NCBI GenBank assembly: GCA_965116885.1 | Contig: OZ220741.1 | Location: 4,256,001 to 4,320,000, forward strand | DNA from: Candidatus Latescibacterota bacterium | GTDB taxonomy: Bacteria; Latescibacterota; UBA2968 | Reading direction: 5' to 3' | DNA: 64,000 nucleotides | Part shown: positions 37,217 to 48,090 of the stretch, piece by piece | Layout of the letters: every line of letters starts with the position of its first letter | How positions within the stretch are numbered: position 1 is the stretch's first letter | Made by a program: the position numbers and the translations under genes | Notes under the pieces: model-generated | Seen by the model: the letters and a program-made list of their open reading frames with translations, nothing else | Databases searched by the model: none | What the model was told of the DNA's origin: nothing

Positions 37217-38296
37217 GTGAAAATTATTCTTGTTGCAGGTGCGCGACCTAATTTTATGAAAGTTGCCCCGCTGTGGAATCAACTAATTGAGACGCCCGAT
37301 GTGTTTGATCCGATTCTGGTGCATACGGGACAGCACTACGACGATTTTATGTCCGAGATTTTCTTTCGAGACTTAAATCTTCCCAGGCCACATTATGAAT
37401 TAAATGTGGGGTCGGGTAGTCACGCTTACCAGACAGCGCAGATCATGATGGGATTTGAGGAGGTTTTACTTCAAGAAAGGCCGGATTGGGTTCTTGTGGT
37501 TGGGGATGTAAATTCCACTTTGGCATGTGCGATGGATGCAGCGAAATTGCAAATTCCCATTGGACACATAGAGGCGGGGTTGCGAAGTTGGGACCGTTCA
37601 ATGCCCGAAGAGATCAATCGGCTCGTAGTGGATGCCATATCCGATCTCCTGTTTGCACCTTCAACGCAGGCATGTGAAAATCTGAAGCGAGAAGGCATAG
37701 AAGATCACCGCATTCATTTTGTGGGCAATGTGATGATCGATTCTCTGATGTTGCTATCTCCCAAAGCCGATGAATCCCGCATTCTGGATATACACGGTTT
37801 ATCAGTTCAAGATTACGTTTTTCTAACCCTCCATCGCGCCTCAAATGTCGATTGTCCGGATACGTTGGCTGGCATTGTCTCCGCGTTGCAAGTTCTCAAA
37901 TGTCCAATCGCGTGGCCTTTGCATCCAGGAACGCGCAATCGCCTGTCCCAATTTGGTTTTTTGCAAGGGCTTGAGATGATGGACAATATGAAATTTATGG
38001 ATCCCGTTGGCTATCTCGATTCTTTGAAACTTCAGAAGAATGCAAAATTTGTGATGACAGATTCTGGAGGATTGCAAGAAGAGACGACGGCTTTAGGTGT
38101 GCCGTGTTTGACGCTTAGAGAGAATACAGAACGACCAGAGACTATAGATATTGGGACGAACACACTGGTGGGTGTTTGTCCCGAACGTATTGTTGCAAAG
38201 GCTGAATCTGTTTTGAATGGCCATTATAAATCTGGTTGCTTGCCAGAATTGTGGGATGGAAATACAGCGGAGCGAATCGTCGCGTTACTTCCATGA
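37217..38296 (+). CDS. wecB: UDP-N-acetylglucosamine 2-epimerase (non-hydrolysing)
   Basis: GARPNFMK, HTGQH, HIEAGLRS, PEEINR, DSGGLQEE, TERPE. Confidence 0.95.
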   Translation: MKIILVAGARPNFMKVAPLWNQLIETPDVFDPILVHTGQHYDDFMSEIFFRDLNLPRPHYELNVGSGSHAYQTAQIMMGFEEVLLQERPDWVLVVGDVNSTLACAMDAAKLQIPIGHIEAGLRSWDRSMPEEINRLVVDAISDLLFAPSTQACENLKREGIEDHRIHFVGNVMIDSLMLLSPKADESRILDIHGLSVQDYVFLTLHRASNVDCPDTLAGIVSALQVLKCPIAWPLHPGTRNRLSQFGFLQGLEMMDNMKFMDPVGYLDSLKLQKNAKFVMTDSGGLQEETTALGVPCLTLRENTERPETIDIGTNTLVGVCPERIVAKAESVLNGHYKSGCLPELWDGNTAERIVALLP

Positions 38297-38305
38297 ACCG
38301 ATGAG

Positions 38306-38364
38306 AAAAAAATCCCTGTAAATGCAGTGCGATTTCCCGCCCTTGCTATTCACAGGGATTTTTT
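38306..38364. terminator. Probable terminator after wecB
   Basis: AAAAAATCCCTGT...ACAGGGATTTTTT. Confidence 0.65.
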
Positions 38365-38427
38365 GTTTAATTGTTTGTGGTTATCGACATCGACACAGAA
38401 TAATATGATATTGATCGGGAGGATTCC

Positions 38428-38610
38428 ATGAAGAAAAAAAATGTCGTCTATTCCGAGTCCCCTTGGCCGTTCATATTTCCTATCATTTTACTGTATTTGG
38501 GTCTTGTTATAGTAGGTATTTATTTCAAGGGCAAGGAACTGAATAACATTTCTTTCTTTCTGTTGCCCAAAATGCGTGATTTATATACCTTGAATACTTT
38601 AGAACTTTAA
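38428..38610 (+). CDS. Possible small single-TM protein
   Basis: GGGAGGA RBS; basic N-terminus followed by a hydrophobic helix. Confidence 0.35.
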   Translation: MKKKNVVYSESPWPFIFPIILLYLGLVIVGIYFKGKELNNISFFLLPKMRDLYTLNTLEL

Positions 38611-38668
38611 CATCTCATAATAGGGTAGGGGGCGACGTGCTCCCTCGAATTCTTTTAGGAGAACCTCT

Positions 38669-39331
38669 ATGCAGCCACCACAGCCGCAACAAGAAGACAT
38701 ACTGGTCTGGTTTCTCAAAGTGTGGAATCAGATTGAAGCAAATTATATCAGAATCCTCACGGGATTTGGCATTGCCATTGTCGCTGCGTTGATAGTCCTG
38801 TTTTTTTATCGGGCACAAACACAACAGGCAGAGGCAGCCCGTGCAGCTCTTGGAGACGTTTATATCGCACTTTATGAAGGGCGCGTAGAAGATGCGCTTA
38901 CCGCATCGCAGGAAGTAATAGAAACCTATGCGGGCGAAGCCGAGGCGGGCGAAGCATTGATGGCACTGGCTAATTTACATTATGAAGAAGGGCGTATCGC
39001 AGAGGCCCAGGCATATTTTCAACAATACCTGGATGAATATCCAACAGATGGACCATTGGGTTATGGTGCCTGGTCGGGCTTGGCATCATGTCTTGAAAAT
39101 GAAGAAAAATTCGCCGAAGCAGGTCAACAGTTCGCAGCCTTCGCCGAAGCACATCCCGGATCGCCATTTGCGCCGATAGCCCTGAAGGAAGCCGGCAGAT
39201 GTTACGAACTCGGCAAAATGCCTCAGCAGGCGAGTGATGCGTATCAAAAGATCGTCAAAGAATACCACGAGTCATCCGTCACAAGATTTGCACGCGGGCA
39301 ATTGAACATGATGGGTATTGAGATAGATTAG
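38669..39331 (+). CDS. Membrane-anchored TPR protein (YfgM-like)
   Basis: N-terminal TM followed by TPR-like helical repeats; AGGAG RBS. Confidence 0.8.
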   Translation: MQPPQPQQEDILVWFLKVWNQIEANYIRILTGFGIAIVAALIVLFFYRAQTQQAEAARAALGDVYIALYEGRVEDALTASQEVIETYAGEAEAGEALMALANLHYEEGRIAEAQAYFQQYLDEYPTDGPLGYGAWSGLASCLENEEKFAEAGQQFAAFAEAHPGSPFAPIALKEAGRCYELGKMPQQASDAYQKIVKEYHESSVTRFARGQLNMMGIEID

Positions 39332-39446
39332 ACACCTGTGGGATGGTGCATGAAAATAAACCATTGCGCCAATAAGGCGAATCAGGTAGATTTCGTTTGG
39401 CGGGTTCGAGTCTCGTTACATCTCTAAGCCCTTGTAAGGACACTTC

Positions 39447-39674
39447 ATGGCAAACATTATCAATCCTCAATCGGATTCTGAAAGACTGGCAAAACTGGAA
39501 GGTCTAATTGAGCAAATCGCCCAAAGGCTGACCAGCATCGAAAACCGCCTGAATAACATGGAAAGCCGCTTGAACAACCTGGAAAACCGCATGGACAAAC
39601 ACTTTCTTTGGGTTGTTGGTCTTATCCTTACAAGTTGGCTTTCGCTTGCGACACTGATCTTACTTAAAACCTGA
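39447..39674 (+). CDS. Small coiled-coil protein with C-terminal TM
   Basis: Heptads IENRLNN-MESRLNN-LENRMD, then a hydrophobic tail; AAGGA RBS. Confidence 0.7.
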   Translation: MANIINPQSDSERLAKLEGLIEQIAQRLTSIENRLNNMESRLNNLENRMDKHFLWVVGLILTSWLSLATLILLKT

Positions 39675-39686
39675 TAGATACACCAA

Positions 39687-39733
39687 AAACAAAAAAACTC
39701 CTTATGCGCGTCGCGTAAGGGGTTTTTTTGTTT
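39687..39733. terminator. Bidirectional terminator
   Basis: AAACAAAAAAACTCCTTATGCG...CGCGTAAGGGGTTTTTTTGTTT. Confidence 0.8.
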
Positions 39734-39796
39734 GCATGCTACACGCCATAAACTCCGCGAGTTAGGTTGCCCAAGTAGAAATTATCACTTCCAAAT

Positions 39797-39824
39797 ATAC
39801 GGTATAAGATGCATTATGTAAACT
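39797..39824 (+). other. dif site (XerCD chromosome dimer resolution)
   Basis: ATACGGTATAA-GATGCA-TTATGTAAACT, 11-6-11 layout; the right arm equals the XerD-side arm of Bacillus subtilis dif; intergenic, at the gene-orientation switch. Confidence 0.85.
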
Positions 39825-39928
39825 TAAGGCAAAAACAGCCCAAATCCTGTCTTGAACTGCTGTGCTTTAATCACCCATATCTTGCCCCATAATCCTGGAG
39901 ATTATTTCCACTGGTCTGCGCCCTTCGT

Positions 39929-40555
39929 TTATTGACGTTGTGGTGCTTGAAGCGATTCATCTGTGTCCGCGCGTCCAAGTCCAAGAGCCCGCTGGTATAA
40001 CATATCTGACAGCCGTCGATTCTCTTCTCGGAGCTTCTGAATCGTTTCAGCGCTTTTCTGAGCGGTTATTTCCACTTCTTTTTGTTGTCTGCGCAGCCAA
40101 TTTGCGTCTTGTTCCGCTTGTTTTTCCCTTTCTTTTGCCGCCTGTAGCTCTTCCCGCGTTTTTTCGAGTTCTTCTTTTAGAGCACGAGCTTCCGTCCATC
40201 CAGAGGCTGATGAAGCCTCTAATTGTGCATTTCTTTCGTTCAAACTGCGAATTTCCGCTCTCAACTCCCTATCAACTGTTTCGATCGCTGCCAACTTTCC
40301 CAATTGCTGTTGTTGAGCTTCAAATTCAGATTTTTCGACGAGAATTTGATCGGAATTATGACTCATGTCAATCTGGTTTTTCATCATTTTTTTTCCAAAT
40401 TTTTTTCTGAATAATTCCTCAATTTCATCTCTGGATATTCGCCAGGTTCCGTTCCATTTTTCAGGCTTTAAAAAACCTCTATTAATGTAATTTCTTATTG
40501 TTTTATCAGTCACTTTAAGAATTTTCGCAGCTTCGGTAATTCCATAATTTTCCAT
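39929..40555 (-). CDS. MerR/excisionase-type HTH plus long coiled coil
   Basis: YGITEAAKILKVTDKTIRNYINRGFL...WRI; AGGAGG RBS before ATG 40555. Confidence 0.8.
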   Translation of the reverse strand: MENYGITEAAKILKVTDKTIRNYINRGFLKPEKWNGTWRISRDEIEELFRKKFGKKMMKNQIDMSHNSDQILVEKSEFEAQQQQLGKLAAIETVDRELRAEIRSLNERNAQLEASSASGWTEARALKEELEKTREELQAAKEREKQAEQDANWLRRQQKEVEITAQKSAETIQKLREENRRLSDMLYQRALGLGRADTDESLQAPQRQ

Positions 40556-40881
40556 TTTTACCCTCCTTTTATGTTCCAATTTATTTATATTATTTTTCCA
40601 TTAAATTAGTAATATTTTTCCATATTGTCAAGAAGGGAAATAACGAAAAATGGCGCACAAATAACGAATTTTTGTTATTTTTTGAAGAAAGACGTATTTT
40701 ACACGAATTTTCAAAAAATAAATGCCCTGAAACTAAAAAAGCTGAACAAGGCAAAAAACAAGGAGAAATCTGAAAAAATATGGGAGAAAAAAACTAAGTG
40801 TTAAAAAATAGGATCAATACCGACTAAAAAACAAGAGCCAGGAGGAAAAACCAAAATTTTAGACACAAAGAGAGGGAAAAA

Positions 40882-41973
40882 TTGGAAAACTTAAAAAAAA
40901 CGCCACTAAACGAAATACACCACAAAACCAACGCCCGAATGGTTCCATTTGGCGGCTGGGAAATGCCGGTTCAATACGCGGGCATAGTCGCGGAACATCA
41001 AGCGGTGCGATCACACGCTGGACTTTTTGATGTCTCGCACATGGGAGAATTTGAATTTAAGGGCAAGGGAGCCAAAAAACTGGTCCAATTTCTCACTGCC
41101 AATGACATAGACCGCATCGGCATTGGGCGCGGGCAGTATTCTCTATTTCTCAACAAAAATGGCGGCGCAATTGACGACATCATCGTTTACCGCCTCGGCA
41201 AAACAACCTATCTGGTCGTCGTAAATGCCGCAAATGTCGATAAAGACTGGAAACATGTCCAAGCAGTCGCAAAATCTTTTGACAATGTTCAAGTAGCCAA
41301 TCGCAGTGAAGAATTTGCCCTTCTCGCGCTTCAAGGACCAAAAGCAGAGGCTGTACTCTCCCCTACCGCAAATCGGAATCTCTCTGAAATCGGTTTTTTT
41401 CGCATTCGCAAAGCAGAACTCGGAGGAATACCCGTTCACATTGCCCGCACGGGATATACTGGCGAAGGAACGAATGGATTTGAGATATTTACGCGAACAG
41501 AAGATGCAACGGCAATTTGGAATGCCCTCATCGCATCCCCCGATGTATCCCCTGCAGGATTGGGCGCGCGGGATACACTCCGCATCGAAGCCTCTCTTCC
41601 CCTCTACGGGCAGGAGCTCGATGAAGAGACAACACCATTAGAAGCCGGACTGGATATATTCGTCTCAAAGGCGGGTGATTTCTCCGGCGCCGAGGCACTT
41701 GAAAAACAGCGCACAGATGGCCTGACAAAAACACTTGTTATGATTGAAATGATCGACCGCGGCATCCCCCGCCACGGTTACGAAATCCTGGATGGTTCGG
41801 GAAATGCTATTGGCAAAGTTACCAGTGGTACAACCGCGCCGTATCTGAAAAAAAATATCGCAATGGGTTATGTCCCACCCAACCATTCAGAAATAGGGAC
41901 AGAACTCGCCATTGCAATCCGAAACCGCGCCCTCAAAGCGAGGATTGTTCCCAGACCATTTTTTAAGAGGTAA
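40882..41973 (+). CDS. gcvT: Glycine cleavage system T protein
   Basis: KTPL..H, FGGWEMPVQY, LFDVSHMG, RTGYTGE, GLGARDTLRIEA; TTG start. Confidence 0.97.
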   Translation: MENLKKTPLNEIHHKTNARMVPFGGWEMPVQYAGIVAEHQAVRSHAGLFDVSHMGEFEFKGKGAKKLVQFLTANDIDRIGIGRGQYSLFLNKNGGAIDDIIVYRLGKTTYLVVVNAANVDKDWKHVQAVAKSFDNVQVANRSEEFALLALQGPKAEAVLSPTANRNLSEIGFFRIRKAELGGIPVHIARTGYTGEGTNGFEIFTRTEDATAIWNALIASPDVSPAGLGARDTLRIEASLPLYGQELDEETTPLEAGLDIFVSKAGDFSGAEALEKQRTDGLTKTLVMIEMIDRGIPRHGYEILDGSGNAIGKVTSGTTAPYLKKNIAMGYVPPNHSEIGTELAIAIRNRALKARIVPRPFFKR

Positions 41974-42022
41974 CTGTATAAAAAAAGAGACAGGTAAAAA
42001 CCCGTCTCTTTTTTTATACAGT
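41973..42022. terminator. Bidirectional terminator between gcvT and leuS
   Basis: ACTGTATAAAAAAAGAGAC...GTCTCTTTTTTTATACAGT. Confidence 0.85.
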
Positions 42023-42038
42023 CGTTGTGCAAAGTCCG

Positions 42039-44477
42039 TTACACAACAATATTGACCAGCCGATTGGGAATGACGATTATTTTTTTCGGTTTTTGATCCT
42101 GGACATGCACTTGTACATTCGGCTGTTCCAGAGCCAGACTTTCAACCTCCTCCTGCCCAGCATCGACCTCAACTTCCATTCGCGCACGGACCTTGCCATT
42201 GACCTGAACCGGCATCTCAATCGTTGCTGGTCGAGCGAGATTTTCGTCCCATTCAGGCCAATTCTGTTGATGAACGCTATACTCTCCCCCAATTCGAGAC
42301 CATAGCTCTTCGGAAAGATGCGGAGTAACAGGTGCCAGGAGCAAGACAAGCGTCTCAATGGCTTCTTTCCACGCATCCGTATGCACAACAGGCGTATTTT
42401 GAGCCGCTGACAAACCATTGCTAAACGTCATAAGCGCGGCCAATGCTGTGTTAAATCCGAAGGTCTCAAAATCTTCAGACACCTTGCGGATGGTCTGATG
42501 GGTTAAGCGCCGCAGATTATCCTGAGCTTCTTGTGTGACATCGCCCTTTGTCGGAGCACCATTTTCAAGAACTATACGCCACACGCGGTTCAAAAATCTC
42601 GGGATACCTTCCAGGCTCGACGAATTCCACGGGCCGCCCTGTTCCCATCGACTCAAAAACATCAAATAAGCCCGAATACAATCTATACCATACTGCCCTA
42701 TCAATTCGTCGGGATTGACAACATTGCCCCGCGACTTGCTCATTTTCTCTTGATCTTCACCCAGAATAACGCCCTGATTAAACAAACGCGTCATCGGTTC
42801 ATCGTCACTGACGAGATCCATATCGCGCATGGCTTTGGTGAAAAATCGCGTGTAGAGCAGATGCATAGTCGCGTGTTCTATACCCCCTGTATATTGATCT
42901 ATGGGCAACCAATATTCACCCTCGTGAGGTTCAAAAGGCCCCGCATCGTAATGTGGGCTTAAATAGCGGTATTGATACCAGGAAGAACACATAAAGGTAT
43001 CCATTGTATCCGTCTCCCGTTGCGCCGAGGCACCACATTTGGGGCAGGTTGTGTGTAAAAAACCCTCGTGGTATTTGAGAGGAGATTCACCCGTTGGCAA
43101 AAACTCCGCATCATCGGGCAGCATTACGGGGAGAGCACGCTCTGGCACGGGAACCGTTCCGCATGTATCACAGTAAATAATCGGTATGGGACATCCCCAA
43201 TAACGCTGGCGGGAAATCAGCCAATCGTGAAGGCGATAATTGATTTTTCTCTCGCCAATGCCCTGTGATTCCAGATCATCAGCCACTGCATCTTTTCCAT
43301 CTTCAGAGGGCAAACCATCAAATTTCCCTGAATTTACCATACGTCCTGCGCCAGTATGTGGCTGGATGAGTGTTTCACCGTCCCAATCATCCGGGGCAAT
43401 CACAACGGGAATGGACAACCCATACTTTTTTGCAAAATCAAAATCGCGTTCATCGTGTGCAGGCACAGCCATAATGGCTCCGGTGCCATATTGAAGCAAT
43501 ACATAGTCAGCGATGTAAATGGGCACATCGGCATTGTTCATGGGATTAATTGCATAAGCACCGGTGAAAACGCCATCCTGCTCTTTATCTACAGAAAGCC
43601 GCTCGATCTCTGACTGACGTTCGGTTTTGACACAATATGCTTTAACAGCTTCCCGCTGGTCGGGTGCGGTTATCTCATCAACCAATGGATGCTCGGGTGC
43701 TAAAACCGCAAATGACATGCCAAAAACGGTATCTGGGCGCGTCGTGAACACGCGAAACGAATAATCTGAATTTTTAACTCGCATCTCAAATTCAACGCCG
43801 TCACTCCGTCCAATCCAGTTCTCCTGCATGGCCTTCACACGGTCGGGCCACTCGATTTCTGAAAAATCGAGTAATTCTTCAGCATATCTGGTAATCCGAA
43901 ACAGCCATTGATCCAGGTCCTTTTTAATCACGGGCGTATCACACCGCTCGCAGTGCCGATCCTCGCCCCAAACCTGCTCTCGAGCCAGGGTCGTATTGCA
44001 CTTTGGACACCAATCAACGGGAGCTTTTTCGCGATAAGCCAGATCATTGGCGTAAAATTTGAGGAATAACCACTGCGTCCATCTATAGTATTCGGGCAAA
44101 CATGTGATCGCCTCGCGCGTCCAGTCAAACATTGCACCCATTGTTTTCAGTTGTCCGCGCATGCGCTCCACATTGTCCAGCGTCCATTTGGCCGGGTGAA
44201 TACCCCGTTGGATTGCAGCGTTTTCAGCCGGTAATCCAAAAGCATCAAAACCAATTGGAAACAATACATTATGCCCCTTCATCCGCATATATCGCGCCCG
44301 CACATCAGAAGGCACAATCGCATACCAGTGCCCAATGTGGAGATCACCCGAAGTGTAGGGAAGCATCGTCAAAGCATAGTGCTTGGGGCGGTTGGGATCA
44401 ATTTGGCTGCGGTGCAATCCGGTATCTTCCCAGCGTTGGCGCCACCGTTTTTCAAATTCTGTAAACTCGTAAGCCAT
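42039..44477 (-). CDS. leuS: Leucine--tRNA ligase
   Basis: PYTSGDLHIGH, DAFGLPAENAA, DWLISRQRYWG, KMSKS; start MAYEF after AGGAG. Confidence 0.97.
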   Translation of the reverse strand: MAYEFTEFEKRWRQRWEDTGLHRSQIDPNRPKHYALTMLPYTSGDLHIGHWYAIVPSDVRARYMRMKGHNVLFPIGFDAFGLPAENAAIQRGIHPAKWTLDNVERMRGQLKTMGAMFDWTREAITCLPEYYRWTQWLFLKFYANDLAYREKAPVDWCPKCNTTLAREQVWGEDRHCERCDTPVIKKDLDQWLFRITRYAEELLDFSEIEWPDRVKAMQENWIGRSDGVEFEMRVKNSDYSFRVFTTRPDTVFGMSFAVLAPEHPLVDEITAPDQREAVKAYCVKTERQSEIERLSVDKEQDGVFTGAYAINPMNNADVPIYIADYVLLQYGTGAIMAVPAHDERDFDFAKKYGLSIPVVIAPDDWDGETLIQPHTGAGRMVNSGKFDGLPSEDGKDAVADDLESQGIGERKINYRLHDWLISRQRYWGCPIPIIYCDTCGTVPVPERALPVMLPDDAEFLPTGESPLKYHEGFLHTTCPKCGASAQRETDTMDTFMCSSWYQYRYLSPHYDAGPFEPHEGEYWLPIDQYTGGIEHATMHLLYTRFFTKAMRDMDLVSDDEPMTRLFNQGVILGEDQEKMSKSRGNVVNPDELIGQYGIDCIRAYLMFLSRWEQGGPWNSSSLEGIPRFLNRVWRIVLENGAPTKGDVTQEAQDNLRRLTHQTIRKVSEDFETFGFNTALAALMTFSNGLSAAQNTPVVHTDAWKEAIETLVLLLAPVTPHLSEELWSRIGGEYSVHQQNWPEWDENLARPATIEMPVQVNGKVRARMEVEVDAGQEEVESLALEQPNVQVHVQDQKPKKIIVIPNRLVNIVV

Positions 44478-44490
44478 TGAAATACAACTC

Positions 44491-45786
44491 CTAAGGATAT
44501 AATCTTTGCAAAAGTCGGGGAAATGGAATCGTCTCGCGGACATGGGATAATCCGCATATCCACGCGACTGTACGCTCAATACCCAATCCAAAACCGGAAT
44601 GTGGCACCGATCCATAGTCCCTGAGGTCCAGGTACCACTGGAACGGCGCCTCATCAAGACCGTGTTCGGCGAGCTTCCGCCGCAAGACCTCCTGATCGTC
44701 CTCGCGCTGTCCCCCACCGACGATTTCGCCGTATCCTTCGGGGGCCAACACATCCATACACAATGCCAGTTTGGAATCTTCCGGATCCCCCTTCATATAA
44801 AAAGCTTTGCAAGCTGCCGGATACCGATGCACAATCACGGGGCGATCATGTGCGTTGGCCAACACGGTTTCATCCTCAGCACCAAAGTCCTCCCCCCAGA
44901 TGTGATCGCGACCCGCGTCTTTTAGCAACTCATGTGCATCAGAATAAGATATCCTATGAAATGGCTTTTGCACCCGTTGTAGGGGCGCAAGGTCACGTTG
45001 TAAGGCCACAAGCTCAGACCGACAGGTTTCTATCACACGCTGAACAACACAACAGATAAAGTCTTCAGCCAGATCCATATTACCTGACAGATCCATATAG
45101 GCCACCTCTGGCTCAACCATCCAAAATTCGGTCAAATGACGCCGCGTCTTGGATTTCTCAGCTCTAAAAGTAGGCCCAAAACAGTACACTTTGCCAAATG
45201 CCATAGCTGCTGCTTCCATATATAGTTGACCACTCTGTGTCAAATATGCTGTCTCGTCGAAATAGTCGGTTTCAAAAAGCGTGCTGGTACCTTCGCAGGA
45301 CGACGGTGTAAAAATGGGCGCATCAACAAGTGTGAAGCCATTGTTGTCGTAATAATCGCGACAGGCTTTGACAATTTCGGCACGCACGCTTAAAATGGCG
45401 TGCTGGCGCGATGAACGCAGCCACAAATGGCGGTGATCCATCAAAAATGCCGTGCCGTGTTCTTTGGGCGTAATCGGATAATCCTCTGCGCGATGCACAA
45501 TTTCGATATCGCTGACGCCAATTTCAAAGCCGATGGGTGAACGCGCATCGGCCCGAACCGCACCCGTCACGCGAAGAGACGACTCTTGCCCCAGGTCTGA
45601 AGCCCTTTCAAAGACGTCTGGCGATACATCGCCCTGAAATATCACGCACTGAATCGTACCAGAGCCATCTCTGATCTGAAGAAAGTGCAATTTTCCACTT
45701 GATCGTTTATTGTACAGCCATCCCTCGATCACAACTTCTTTATCTTCCCATGCACTTACGTCGTTTATCCTGATGATATCTGGCAT
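44491..45786 (-). CDS. asnS: Asparagine--tRNA ligase
   Basis: [45 protein letters not shown]. Confidence 0.95.
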   Translation of the reverse strand: MPDIIRINDVSAWEDKEVVIEGWLYNKRSSGKLHFLQIRDGSGTIQCVIFQGDVSPDVFERASDLGQESSLRVTGAVRADARSPIGFEIGVSDIEIVHRAEDYPITPKEHGTAFLMDHRHLWLRSSRQHAILSVRAEIVKACRDYYDNNGFTLVDAPIFTPSSCEGTSTLFETDYFDETAYLTQSGQLYMEAAAMAFGKVYCFGPTFRAEKSKTRRHLTEFWMVEPEVAYMDLSGNMDLAEDFICCVVQRVIETCRSELVALQRDLAPLQRVQKPFHRISYSDAHELLKDAGRDHIWGEDFGAEDETVLANAHDRPVIVHRYPAACKAFYMKGDPEDSKLALCMDVLAPEGYGEIVGGGQREDDQEVLRRKLAEHGLDEAPFQWYLDLRDYGSVPHSGFGLGIERTVAWICGLSHVRETIPFPRLLQRLYP

Positions 45787-45880
45787 ATATCGTTCCCTGA
45801 AAGTAAAAAAACGAAAGACGACCGGGTACATCTGCTTGCCCACCGATCGCCTTGTGTTTTTTTCGCGTGTATTACAAATC

Positions 45881-47998
45881 TCACGATCTTTGGGGGGGGC
45901 GTTGCCTACCCTGCTGATTCGAATCACCATTGGGTTTATCGATAAGTACTTTGCGGCTCAGTCGAATTTTGCCCTGGTCATCAATAGCGATCACTTTGAC
46001 CTGAACTTTTTCGCCTTCACTGAGCACGTCGTTCACCTTACGCACCCGATGATGCTCAAGCTCAGAAATATGGCAAAGCCCATCCTTGCCGGGCAAAATC
46101 TCGACAAACGCGCCAAAGTCCGTGATTCGGCGCACTGTGCCATCATAGATTCGTCCAACTTCTGGCTCTTCGACGAGAGCTTCAACCATACCCATTGCGG
46201 TTTCACCGGCTTGCGCGTCTAAAGAGGTGACCGTAACCAACCCATCGTCCTCGACTGAAACCGTAGCGCCTGTCTCTTCAATACTGCGAATGGTCTTCCC
46301 GCCCGGGCCAATAACCGCGCCGATCTTTGCAGGATCAATGCGGATGGACAAAATACGCGGTGCGTATTCCGACAAGCTCGTTCTCGGCGCGGAAATAGCT
46401 TCTTCCATCAGACCGAGAATGTGATTTAATGCATCTCGGGCGCGCGAGAATGCCGTATTGAGAATTTCAAAACTTATACCACCGATCTTAATATCCATCT
46501 GAATCGCAGTCAGACCCGATCGCGTCCCCGCTATTTTGAGGTCCATATCGCCCAAATGGTCTTCTTCGCCTAAAATATCTGTGAGAACCGCCCACTGATC
46601 CCCTTCCATAACCAACCCGACGCCAGCACCGGCAACATGGCTTTTAATGGGCACGCCTGCATCCATCAAAGCGAGAGAGCCGCCACACACCGTGGCCATT
46701 GAAGACGAACTGTTGGATTCTAAAATCTCGGAAACCAGCCGGATCGTATATGGGAAATGCTCTTCACTGGGTATAACTGGTTCGAGTGCTTTTTCAGCCA
46801 AAGCTCCGTGACCAACTTCGCGGCGGCCGGGCGCTGCAATCCGACCCGTTTCACCAACACTGTAGTTGGGAAAGTTGTAATCGAGCATAAAGCTCTTGAA
46901 CGATTTACCTTCAAGATCATCTACCATTCGGGTGTCCATCTTGCTTCCGAGTGTCGCTGCACACAAAGCCTGCGTCTGTCCACGTGTAAAAATGGCGGAC
47001 CCGTGTGTGCGCGGCAATACACTCATATCGATATCAATGGGCCGCACCTGGTTGAGACCGCGCCCATCAATACGCTGATTTTCCGAGAGGATCATCGCGC
47101 GCATATCCTTTTTGATCAACCGATCAATTTCACCGCCAATTTCACCTTCTTCAAAGTGTTCTGCGAGTGCTTCTCGCACCTCGGCGCGGATTGCAGACAG
47201 CGTCTCTGCACGCGCCATCTTATCCGGCATGCGATTGGCTGTGTGAATCTGCTCTGAAGCGCGTTCGGCAACGGCAGTGGCAAGGGCCTCATTTTCTTCA
47301 GGCTCGTCGTAAGACCGCTTCGATTTCCCGGCACGGGAAATCAGGTCATCCTGTAATTCAATCAGTTGTACAATGCCCTCGTGGGCAACGCGCAGTGCTT
47401 CTACGACATCACCGTCGGCTACTTCGTGAAAATCGCCTTCAACTGAGATAATGGACTCGCGATTGCCCGATACCATCAGGTGGACATCGCTTTCTTCGAG
47501 TTGGGAAAGTGTGGGGTTGACCACAAATTCCCCATTGACCCGTCCAACACACACGGCTCCAATGGGGCCGTCAAACGGAATATCAGAAATACACAGTGCA
47601 GCCGAAGCACCTGTCATTGAGAGTACCGCAGGATCGTTTTCACCATCAAAAGACAATACAGTGACATAAACCTGCGTTTCAAAATCATAAGCCTCTGGAA
47701 ATAGGGGCCTGATTTGATGATCAATTAAACGCGCATGCAATTTTTCAGTTGTTGAAGGTGCGCCTTCTCGCTTAAAAAAGTTGCCGGGAATGCGCCCTCC
47801 AGCATACATCTTTTCACGATAATCGACTTGAAGCGGAAAAAAATCAAAATCCGAAGGTTTATTATCGGAAACTGCAGCCACCAACACAATGGTTTCACCG
47901 TACTGCATCCACACCGCCCCATGTGACTGTTTGGCCACCCGACCCGTTTCTATGGACAGCGGACGACCGGCATATTCAAGCTCTACTTTTGCTATCAT
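45881..47998 (-). CDS. pnp: Polyribonucleotide nucleotidyltransferase
   Basis: [38 protein letters not shown] and S1 domains. Confidence 0.98.
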   Translation of the reverse strand: MIAKVELEYAGRPLSIETGRVAKQSHGAVWMQYGETIVLVAAVSDNKPSDFDFFPLQVDYREKMYAGGRIPGNFFKREGAPSTTEKLHARLIDHQIRPLFPEAYDFETQVYVTVLSFDGENDPAVLSMTGASAALCISDIPFDGPIGAVCVGRVNGEFVVNPTLSQLEESDVHLMVSGNRESIISVEGDFHEVADGDVVEALRVAHEGIVQLIELQDDLISRAGKSKRSYDEPEENEALATAVAERASEQIHTANRMPDKMARAETLSAIRAEVREALAEHFEEGEIGGEIDRLIKKDMRAMILSENQRIDGRGLNQVRPIDIDMSVLPRTHGSAIFTRGQTQALCAATLGSKMDTRMVDDLEGKSFKSFMLDYNFPNYSVGETGRIAAPGRREVGHGALAEKALEPVIPSEEHFPYTIRLVSEILESNSSSSMATVCGGSLALMDAGVPIKSHVAGAGVGLVMEGDQWAVLTDILGEEDHLGDMDLKIAGTRSGLTAIQMDIKIGGISFEILNTAFSRARDALNHILGLMEEAISAPRTSLSEYAPRILSIRIDPAKIGAVIGPGGKTIRSIEETGATVSVEDDGLVTVTSLDAQAGETAMGMVEALVEEPEVGRIYDGTVRRITDFGAFVEILPGKDGLCHISELEHHRVRKVNDVLSEGEKVQVKVIAIDDQGKIRLSRKVLIDKPNGDSNQQGRQRPPQRS

Positions 47999-48090
47999 TC
48001 TATCTCCTCTATTTACCTTAAAACACATCTATTCCAGCGCCCTGACAAAAAGGCCAGAGATACGACCAACTCCTGGAATATATAAAAAAC

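Noticed and set aside
39340..39424. Functional tRNA gene
   Set aside because: No canonical D-loop GG, no 7-nt anticodon loop and no CCA; kept only as a tRNA-like relic.
39447..40555. Intact prophage or integrative element at dif
   Set aside because: No integrase, replication or structural genes, and I saw no second dif-like att site.
44478..44753. N-terminal extension of LeuS in the ORF track (904 aa)
   Set aside because: It overlaps asnS in another frame; the RBS and homology begin at MAYEF (44477). The same applies to the extended starts given for asnS, ribF, fdhD and the 23438 ORF.
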